Positions 25,401 through 33,147 of a stretch of 60,000 nt of DNA are shown piece by piece. Source of the stretch: Amphiscolops sp. MND2022 (lineage: Eukaryota). The stretch spans positions 9,922,001 to 9,982,000 of the forward strand of contig OZ076409.1 in assembly GCA_964187785.1 (NCBI GenBank), read 5' to 3'. Position 1 is the first letter of the stretch. The number at the start of each line of letters is the position of its first letter. The position numbers and the translations under genes were made by a program. The notes below the pieces were generated by a model. It worked only from the letters and a program-made list of their open reading frames with translations. It was not told the DNA's origin and did not search any database.

Positions 25401-28400
25401 GAGAGAGAAACCCGCCCAGAACTCACCATAGACGCTCTGATAGAAGAGATAACCACAAACGAGAATTGCCGACAATTGACTCTGCCCCAACCGGAAGAGT
25501 GGCAAGTAAAAGGTGTCACTTCGACGTATCATGCCTATTCTCCGATTCCAGTCAAAGTCTGCATAGATGGTGTTGACATGCGTTTTGGTGCAACTATTAT
25601 TACTGACGCATTTCCTCCTGGAATCTGCTTGGGACCGCAGGAGCTGCGCTGCTATAACATTGATGCTCAAGAACCAACTGGTGAAGCGAGAATCGATGAG
25701 CGTGCGTCGCTCGTAGTTTCATTCGTGGTTCCCGATGCTGCTCCCGTGCCATTACGTGGTCTAATAGACACTGGATCAGGAGTGTCCATCCTCACCTTCT
25801 CAGCCTACAATCGAGTCGCCGTGCGCACTGGGACACTCTTACGACCTTATGGTATTGACTTATATGCCGCGAATGGGAAGACGATTAAAACTTTTGGTCT
25901 AGCGGAGAAAGTCAAATTCCAATTGGGAGGCTATGAATTAGAAACTAACTTCGTGGTAGTCGATGACGCTATGGGAGTGGAAGATTTCCTCCTGGGAAGA
26001 AACTTCCTAAGAGCCTATCAAGTCCTGGTAGATTTAACCGCGATGAAGGTCATTGTCCGAGCTCCCTCTGAACCAGTGTGGTACCATGCCCACACACAAG
26101 TAAGTAACGAATTACTCAATTCGTCGGTAGCGATTGCACAGGACGTAGTGTTGCAACCTTTTGAACGCGCGATACTACGCGCTAGATTGCTTGTAGACAA
26201 CTTAGAACCTTTCATGTTTCGAACCGTGCTAATCAATTTTCAAACACCTAACCGAATGTTAAAAAACGCCATCTTTTTAGAGGACACCGTGGCGACCGTG
26301 GGGGAAACTGGCTTCCTTTACGTCAGTTTAGGTAATCTTACCAGCAACGTACAGCGAATCAAAAAGGGCACCCTTTTAGGAACCGCGGTACCCGTGACGA
26401 TGGTTCATAAAGCCATCCCCCAAATTGTCCCCGGACAATCAAACGAAACTCTGCAATTAAATGCAAATTATGTTTATAAAGTTTATGAACAGATGAACCT
26501 TGATTCTTCTTCTGAATATAGTTCTTCATCTGAATTTGAGTTTTTGTCCTCTACCGAACCGTCAGAACTAGGCTTGTCCGAGCGCGAAGTAAAAAAACGA
26601 ACCGATCCGGCGCTAATGGCTCCGATACCGGGCCCGGAAGCACAACTCGACGAGGTGCGCGGTTTGTGGGGATCGACCGCCAGCGACACGCTTAGTAAAC
26701 TTTTGAACGAATTTGATGATTTGTTTATGAAATTCAAAGCCGACATTGGCAAGTGTAAAATCGCTAAGCACCCGGTGGAAGTAGAGCCAGGGGCTGTACC
26801 CCACCGCGAAGGTGCAAGACGAATGTCGCCTGACAAGGCAGAGCGTGCTAACCAAGAAGTCCGTGACTTGCTAGCTTTGGGAATGATACAACCTTCCCTA
26901 TCCCCTTGGGCGAGTGGAATTGTTATGGTCAAAAAGAAGAGTGGTGAATTGCGATTCTGTTGTGACTTTCGACCACTTAATGAAGTGACCATCAAAGACG
27001 CTTATCCCTTGCCACGTATCGATGAGAGTCTATCCCGATTGGGCAAGGCCAAAATCTATACTAGTATTGACTTGGCGTGGGCGTTCTGGCAAATTCCTGT
27101 CCGAAAAGCCGATCGTCAAAAGACTGCCTTCGCTTGTGAACTTGGGTTATTTGAGTGGCGGCGTATGCCTTTTGGTATGTGTAACGCATCAGCAACATTT
27201 CAACGGGCAATAGCGCGAGCGCTACAAAGAATAGTGAACCGTGAAGGAAGCATGGTTATGGCCTATATCGATGACATTGTGATTGCTACCGAGACCATCG
27301 AGGATCACATGGATAGACTACGCGAAGTATTCCAGTGCCTGCGTGAGGCCGGGTTCAAAATGAGAGTCTCCAAGTGTGACTTCATGAAATCGGAGATCAA
27401 ATATTTGGGCCGGGTCGTATCCGCAGATGGTATCAAGCCAGATCCAAAAGCTGTCACCAAGCTGAAAGAATGGGATATCCCGCGAACCAAGACTGAATTG
27501 CAAAGTTTCTTGGGTTTTGCCAACTACTATCGGGATTTTATCCCGTGGCATGCAAAACTAGTTGCCCCTTTACACGCGATAACAGGCGCAGCCTCTTCAT
27601 TTTTATGGGGGGAGGAGCAGCAGCGAGCCTTTAACAGCATCAAAGTGGCACTAATGGAAGCCACTGCTCTGGCGCAACCTGACACTGAAGGCAAATTTGT
27701 TCTCGACACAGATGCTAGTGGTGTAGCTATATCAGGTATTCTGCACCAATGGCAAGGACCACCTGAGAGTCGCAAACTGCGACCGATTGTATTCGGAAAC
27801 AAAAAGTTAACCGCTACGCAAGCAAAGTATGGAGCCCCAAAATTGGAAATGTATGCTGCAAACTATTTCATCTTGAAAAACCACAGTTATCTCTGTCCAC
27901 GAAAATTCACACTGAGGGTAGATAATCAGGCCCTGTCCTGGCTAAAAACATATTCGATGGATCAGGCGATTATCGGTCGATGGATTATGGCTCTTGAAAA
28001 ATATCACTTCAGTATTGAGCACCGACCCAGAACGCAACATCGAAATGCTGACGGTCTTAGCAAACGAACAAATGATTACAAAAAACACGAAAAGCAACTA
28101 AAGAGTTTACCCGCAATTGCAGACAAATGGGACTTCCTATCACAGGAGGAATACGACAAACTCCCGCTAGCCCCATGGTTCGATGTCCACGGACGTGTGA
28201 TACCAAATCACCCAGAATTGCCTGCACACTTGCAGAGGTTGGCTAGCCAAAGTTCACCCGAGACCACAGTTGCCGCTCCCACGCGAAGGAGCGGACAAAG
28301 CAAACGAAGTGCAATCATGCGCGACGAAGCCATGAGAGCGCCCCTGCCTACATTGCCAAAACCAGAATTGACACTGCCTGCCGAACTTTATCCAGAGTAT

Positions 28401-31400
28401 CCTGAGGATTGGTTGGAACTGACCGAGGAATATCAAAGAGACTATTTACTCCCCACGCATGCTGCTAACGTACCATCAAGAACCACTTATCCACTTACGG
28501 AAAAGCAAGCAACCAGCACTGCACCAGAGCACGTAAAACAAGCCGCGTTCGTGGTAAACAGCATATCGATGGAACTGCATGAACATGCTAACACAGTCCA
28601 CGGGTTGAAAGATCTACTACTAGCACAAAACCGTGACGTCCACATCTTGGCTGTCAAGAAATTGGTAATGCAAGAATCAATAGATCATGACATCTTTCCG
28701 GAAAATGTACGTGCCTTTGCCAAAAACTACCACAAACAGAAGAAGAACCTTCTACTGATAAACGCCAACGGGATTTTGTGTGTAAAGTACTCCAAAAGTC
28801 AAAGAGCTTTGCATGAACGCCCCTGCATGATAGTGATGCCACAATTGTATCAGCATGAGATACTATTCAAGGCCCACGACGCGATGGGACATCAGGGCAT
28901 CGCGAAAGTCTTGGCCAGAATTCAAGAGCGCCACACTTGGCCAGGCATCCGCCGCACCATTGGACAATACGTCAGCCAATGCATCACTTGTCAACAAGTA
29001 CGTGACAAGCCTGGTGATGTACGCTTCCACTTGAAAAATATCCAAAGCGGCTATTTCAACGAGCTAGTCCAATATGACCACATGAAAATTTGTCCCTCTG
29101 ATGATGGTAACACAGGGATATTGGTTATTATCGATCACTTCTCTAAGCTCGCAGAAGCTGTGCCGTGCAACCACGATGAGTATGATGCAGCGACCACTTC
29201 AAAATTGTTGTTGCAAAAGTGGTTTGCCCGCCATGGAACGCCAACAAGGATGCAGTCAGACAATGCTCCCAACTTCACCGCGGCAGTATCTGCTGAGTTT
29301 ATGAAAGCCGCCCAAGTGACCAAAGTAACCTCAACTGCTGGCCACCCCAGGACTCAAGGATTGGTAGAGCGACAAAACCGAACGTTACTCACCCTACTGC
29401 GTGTATTCTGCTCTAGACGAATGCGTGATTGGGACCAGTATCTAGATGAAGTCATGGGTGCATACAACTCCACGCGTCATGCCACTACTGGATTCTCCCC
29501 GTATATGCTGACTAGAGGCATGGAAAAAGCTATACCCCTGACTTTCTTGTATCCCGAATTTGCAACTCAGTCATTCGAATCACACGAAGCCTATGTGGAA
29601 CATGTGCTGGCTCGACAACAAGAGATTCATGACTTAGTCCGTCGCAACACGCATCAAGCCCAGCAGCGACAAAAGTTGAAGTACGACCGAGCAATTCGTG
29701 CTAAAGCCTATGAAGTGGGCGAACCTGTTTGGGTATTCTGCCGATACATTCCTCAAAAGGGATCTCCTAAATTGATGAGAGCATGGCGTGGTCCTCATAA
29801 AGTAGCACGAGTACTACAAGAGGGACGCGTCTACATACTTGACACTGGTCAGAAAGTACATTTCGAACGATTGAAACCGCACCATGGTGGTCCAACAGAA
29901 TGGGCAGCTGTTCCTGCGCATAACGGCGAGGTTGCTATCATCATGGACCCTGATCCAGAACAATCCCATGAGGAGGTGAGAGACGATGCTTCGCAACCTT
30001 CTTACCGTGCAGAGGAACCAATTTCAGAAGCCAGTAATGCCTCTTTGCCTTCTCGACAAAGACATTGGATGGACACGCGGTTACGCACACATATGCGCGC
30101 AGGTGGCAGCCGCCTACATTATCAACAATTTGGCTATTCTTCGACTGAGTCTGACGATGAACGTTCTGATGTACTCCTGTCGAGTGTTCAGGCTAGTCCT
30201 GATGAGAGTACTATCTTGTCATCACATGTAGATGAACCTGCGCCTATTCCCGAAATGCCAATATCACCACTGCCTGCTATGGAGGCTCTATTCTCAGAGA
30301 ATGAAGCAGTACCCGACGTATTGGACATCGCCCCGAATCCTACTATCCACGCACCCACCGAAAGTGCCGGCACCTCTCTGACCGGTACATCCGCCCCATT
30401 ATTGACAAATCCATCTCTTACAGATATGTTGAGTAACTTTCCCATTTGGCCCCTAATCGATGACAATGTTCTCAACCCAACCTTAGACGACAACGGTGCT
30501 GAAACACCAACGACCAATGACGAAAAGGGATCTATTCCCCCTGCGACAGTTCCCACCAACAACAACGCAGCTACTACCACGAAACTCTCCAACGCTCCTA
30601 GAGGGCATGGACCGCGGGGACGTCCGCCAGGCAGAGCGAGGCCGCGAGCCTCGCTGCCACGTGGTCACCAACGGAGAGGTGCTATTAGAGGCGCTCGCAA
30701 AAGAGGCCGTCCCAGAGGAAGACCTCCTCGTACAACACACGCCAGACCTAACATCTCTACCCGTGTTCGTAGCACTCCATCTATGGACACTGACTCTTCT
30801 GTCCCTAGCGCAGCGGTTACCTCAGATCAAGCAGCACCATCAAAATCAACCAACGCTCGCTATGGACTGCGACGCAATCGTATTCCCAGATATCGTTGCG
30901 GAACATGTGGCCTACGAGACTGCGGATGTAACTACATGGTCCACACGGGCTTCCCAATCAAACCCCAGGGAGTCCTGCTAGCACGTGAACAGGAGAGATC
31001 GCTTCCAAGTGGAACGGTTGACCGTTTGGTTATTCGAGCCGAGAAGACCTATACGGGGCTGCAACGCAGCGACACTCCATATCCTGTGGACTATATCCTA
31101 TCCAGAATGAAAGATTCTACGATAGCAAAGGCCCCCTGCCCAAGGTTCAAGGAGTGGACCTATGATCTTGTTGGTTTGGAGTTCACTTTACCTATCACTG
31201 TTCCCCCTTTGCCTACAAATATTGCTTTTGGTCCTTTCAACTATGAACGGGAGCCTATCCAAATGGTACGCTGTATTCCTGCTGACCTCTTATATGACAA
31301 GTATAACGTCACAGCAAAACCAGGAGACGTTTATCAGCCTACAAGCAACTGGTGGCTACTAATTACGGCCAAACAAGCATCCGACCTGGTTCATCCCACT

Positions 31401-31949
31401 AACTTGAACACCTGTCTGGAGAGTTTGCGGACGATGGCCTCTCCTGATAGAATCACTTGTTTCCACACCGTAGACCTATATCGTGGTAAAATTAAGTTTG
31501 AATGGTGGCTGGAACTTATCATAGCAGTCTTATCGAACTTCTCACGAATCAGATTCCTGGACGAATGGACACACTCATTTCCTAGTCCTGTATCACTCCA
31601 ATCAGCCCTGCACGCACTGGATACATGGTCCAGGGCTAACATTGATAATCAATCGTTGCCGCGATCTGTGTGGCAAGACTTGGGCGCCATTAAAGGCCTC
31701 CTCCCGAACACCTGTAACGATGCTCTCTCCAAAGACCCCAACCGAACGAGAAGACTGCAGAAAAACACGGCCGCTGTCAGAAAAAGACTCAAATTTCTGT
31801 CAAAACGGACTGAACTTTGTTCTAGCCAGTGCTTTCTTCAGCGAAGCGTTACAAGACGTGTGATTACCGAAAATGAGTCAATTGGCTTGACCAAGCATCC
31901 GTGCTTGTGTCCCCGGCTAATTGCTGCCTCAAAAGTGCTAATTATGTAG
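22485..31949 (+). CDS. Single-ORF Gag-Pol polyprotein (3154 aa from first ATG): Gag, 2 CCHC knuckles, protease, RT, RNase H, integrase, long C-terminal extension
   Basis: CFNCGLPGHFAREC and CVNCGMTEHSASQC; LIDTGSG; RFCCDFRPLN, MPFGMCNA, YIDD (27264-27275); TDASG; HDAMGH..CITC, QSDN, GLVER; WRGPH. Confidence 0.96.
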   Translation: MKTNSLRNLWNSITRTLNRTNTRRCSNLSKGGRKDTSRCTEASKTPDPTGCETNLSAISDLTSDPREEDWPTDDSFVMESDFSDPMSDDASEKYQAKPIARTTDDIGGSADETGSQAHTSKWLQELTKVAVTPFGTDEAGTWPNSNRTNAEEEAEMSCLNATGQLKAPSMASESTANTAEILQQMSYVGGMNYARARLQEATAPRASGKGKQVRPPALLAQTGTTGPHGDSRSSSPSSKAASARSSAYRAVHEAAKARKALLDAQIGVKQAASQLSERKARCDREHQSIMEEIEAVQTELRTSTERQAQGHEIQAARMDAMGYRMAEIKDMVTEREVRMEAQLQEVCSQIQAMGTMLKNIQPQPAPASNTIKELLQDTDISLPKPIKSVSLKPKESVTTATNPSGSKQHLARYAPLSQTLVSNEEAASTSTKFIPSAVSTKYIPPTTKTHKREPTCEVITIDTSSMGITGLREPTRTNELTEVTSTFQTANATLGESTAEFQTANDELPPGNPCASSTRRREVTLPENTDDSVNSTRGSSIPPPAVSEEAPISAEQLRFTEAISKAMSKELAPLIANRDQTRVRPTIYKGTKDGSVDGWLPVMKRFLERVHAKSPKIDRAWAIIDHLEGEARNYIINKSEPERDEPDKVFSLLASRFGTGGNRMHVRQTFMSRVQQEKEDWMQFLDALEGLRTQGFPDEPITTRRYEILQRFIDGVNDPTLRQELAVVYAAEAYLTEPPTVESLRFTTRQLQRHRPNTSKPYDPRYAMRSRPHPFVPGKLVHPAPGLPQNVLPPNQGQREAKPQMAPPGPASVKQAPVQQQPARVIPQGACFNCGLPGHFARECPSRDLARKPAARAAPEERVNLCENNVASACSGPVFCVNCGMTEHSASQCQNVPVHEDLAYSLWAEQPSASQTMSDNEMVLMLRPAEAAHVTTPLTVTCGKIQIQTSPEPTTFDPSGRTIMSVRLLLAIERETRPELTIDALIEEITTNENCRQLTLPQPEEWQVKGVTSTYHAYSPIPVKVCIDGVDMRFGATIITDAFPPGICLGPQELRCYNIDAQEPTGEARIDERASLVVSFVVPDAAPVPLRGLIDTGSGVSILTFSAYNRVAVRTGTLLRPYGIDLYAANGKTIKTFGLAEKVKFQLGGYELETNFVVVDDAMGVEDFLLGRNFLRAYQVLVDLTAMKVIVRAPSEPVWYHAHTQVSNELLNSSVAIAQDVVLQPFERAILRARLLVDNLEPFMFRTVLINFQTPNRMLKNAIFLEDTVATVGETGFLYVSLGNLTSNVQRIKKGTLLGTAVPVTMVHKAIPQIVPGQSNETLQLNANYVYKVYEQMNLDSSSEYSSSSEFEFLSSTEPSELGLSEREVKKRTDPALMAPIPGPEAQLDEVRGLWGSTASDTLSKLLNEFDDLFMKFKADIGKCKIAKHPVEVEPGAVPHREGARRMSPDKAERANQEVRDLLALGMIQPSLSPWASGIVMVKKKSGELRFCCDFRPLNEVTIKDAYPLPRIDESLSRLGKAKIYTSIDLAWAFWQIPVRKADRQKTAFACELGLFEWRRMPFGMCNASATFQRAIARALQRIVNREGSMVMAYIDDIVIATETIEDHMDRLREVFQCLREAGFKMRVSKCDFMKSEIKYLGRVVSADGIKPDPKAVTKLKEWDIPRTKTELQSFLGFANYYRDFIPWHAKLVAPLHAITGAASSFLWGEEQQRAFNSIKVALMEATALAQPDTEGKFVLDTDASGVAISGILHQWQGPPESRKLRPIVFGNKKLTATQAKYGAPKLEMYAANYFILKNHSYLCPRKFTLRVDNQALSWLKTYSMDQAIIGRWIMALEKYHFSIEHRPRTQHRNADGLSKRTNDYKKHEKQLKSLPAIADKWDFLSQEEYDKLPLAPWFDVHGRVIPNHPELPAHLQRLASQSSPETTVAAPTRRSGQSKRSAIMRDEAMRAPLPTLPKPELTLPAELYPEYPEDWLELTEEYQRDYLLPTHAANVPSRTTYPLTEKQATSTAPEHVKQAAFVVNSISMELHEHANTVHGLKDLLLAQNRDVHILAVKKLVMQESIDHDIFPENVRAFAKNYHKQKKNLLLINANGILCVKYSKSQRALHERPCMIVMPQLYQHEILFKAHDAMGHQGIAKVLARIQERHTWPGIRRTIGQYVSQCITCQQVRDKPGDVRFHLKNIQSGYFNELVQYDHMKICPSDDGNTGILVIIDHFSKLAEAVPCNHDEYDAATTSKLLLQKWFARHGTPTRMQSDNAPNFTAAVSAEFMKAAQVTKVTSTAGHPRTQGLVERQNRTLLTLLRVFCSRRMRDWDQYLDEVMGAYNSTRHATTGFSPYMLTRGMEKAIPLTFLYPEFATQSFESHEAYVEHVLARQQEIHDLVRRNTHQAQQRQKLKYDRAIRAKAYEVGEPVWVFCRYIPQKGSPKLMRAWRGPHKVARVLQEGRVYILDTGQKVHFERLKPHHGGPTEWAAVPAHNGEVAIIMDPDPEQSHEEVRDDASQPSYRAEEPISEASNASLPSRQRHWMDTRLRTHMRAGGSRLHYQQFGYSSTESDDERSDVLLSSVQASPDESTILSSHVDEPAPIPEMPISPLPAMEALFSENEAVPDVLDIAPNPTIHAPTESAGTSLTGTSAPLLTNPSLTDMLSNFPIWPLIDDNVLNPTLDDNGAETPTTNDEKGSIPPATVPTNNNAATTTKLSNAPRGHGPRGRPPGRARPRASLPRGHQRRGAIRGARKRGRPRGRPPRTTHARPNISTRVRSTPSMDTDSSVPSAAVTSDQAAPSKSTNARYGLRRNRIPRYRCGTCGLRDCGCNYMVHTGFPIKPQGVLLAREQERSLPSGTVDRLVIRAEKTYTGLQRSDTPYPVDYILSRMKDSTIAKAPCPRFKEWTYDLVGLEFTLPITVPPLPTNIAFGPFNYEREPIQMVRCIPADLLYDKYNVTAKPGDVYQPTSNWWLLITAKQASDLVHPTNLNTCLESLRTMASPDRITCFHTVDLYRGKIKFEWWLELIIAVLSNFSRIRFLDEWTHSFPSPVSLQSALHALDTWSRANIDNQSLPRSVWQDLGAIKGLLPNTCNDALSKDPNRTRRLQKNTAAVRKRLKFLSKRTELCSSQCFLQRSVTRRVITENESIGLTKHPCLCPRLIAASKVLIM

Positions 31950-32298
31950 TAATTTTCGTATTTTCTTGTTGTAACAGCTCGTGAGCTACTCACTTCGATC
32001 TCCTGTGCAATTTCGAAAAAACTTGATTTTTCCTTTCCACCACTTGCATTTTTTAAAGGCTGTCTAAGTGTTGGTTTCGAAGAAAAAGCGTAATGCGCAC
32101 TACTGATAGCAATTACAGACTGGATCAGGCCGGCGAGCACTTCTTAAGAAGCGGAATCCTCCTCTGACGGGACATTTCTTACCCGAAGGAGGCAAAATGG
32201 ACTCATGGCCATGGGCGCCTGTCCCGGGCAAATACCCATGCCATGTGTTCCTCCTGCTCTTATGGTTACGGCGACAATGGTGAGAGCTTGTCGTTACA
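31733..32298 (+). repeat. Gypsy 3' LTR, missing the first ~167 bp present in the 5' LTR
   Basis: Matches the 5' LTR from agaccccaaccgaacg to tcgttaca; no purine-rich PPT upstream. Confidence 0.88.
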
Positions 32299-33147
32299 AA
32301 CTGCTTCACAAATAATCTCGATAACACGGGTCTTCTGAAACCAAATAAATTGAAAAGTGGCCTTCGATCAAAAACCACTCGCTGTAAAAAACTGCACCAA
32401 GGTGAAACATCAATAAGATGAAAGTTGTTCCACAAGGAATGCCCTGAGTGCTCCATGACAACGTTTTAACTATCATGCCAGTCCATTGAATGATTGCGGA
32501 CATATTATAGTAAAGTGGCTAAAGATGAGATTTCAGTCTAAACCGACCAAATTGTCTATAAAATACATTCATTGCGAAACATCAGGCCGAAACAAGTTAT
32601 CCTGCGTCACAAATGCTACTGAATAACATCTCTCTGAATGAAGAAAGAGACTTCAGAAAACGAAATGTACTAAAATGTGGCTTTTCATCAGGGACCATTT
32701 TACTTCTAAAATTGTACCAAGGAACAACGTTACCGGGATGAAAGGTAATCGTAAAAATGAGAAGACCCGTGAGTGTACTATTAGAAAACTTTGACCCATG
32801 ATGCCAGTACTTCGACATGTTCCGAAATGAAAAATCGTGAAATGATTAGAAACTGGTGTTCAGAAGCAACCTTACAAGGCTTATAATGAGAGAAGTTCAT
32901 GTCGGAAGATCCGTCGACTAAACGTTTTCTACTCGAAGGAAGTCCAGAGTCGTTCCAAGTTTCTGAAAAAAAAACAAAACATTTATTCATCATAGAGGAC
33001 AAAAAACAAGGGCCCAAAGTGAAACAACTGGTCATTGGCAATCTTTTTCGATCAAATTTAGTAGTATTTGCCCCTGAAAATCAAATGCAAAAGTGCGTAT
33101 GATATACCTATCATATTTTAACCGGTCAAAACCCCCACTTCGTACAG

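Larger units (their letters stand above)
19372..32298 (+). mobile_element. Young near-full-length Ty3/Gypsy LTR retrotransposon (~12.9 kb)
   Basis: Near-identical LTR segments 19539-20105 and 31733-32298; termini tgtagcga...tcgttaca; aactg at both flanks (19369-19373, 32299-32303); open gag-PR-RT-RH-IN ORF. Confidence 0.97.

Noticed and set aside
22829..31642. Many short antisense or alternative-frame ORFs over gag-pol
   Set aside because: Shadows of a long coding frame; no recognizable motifs
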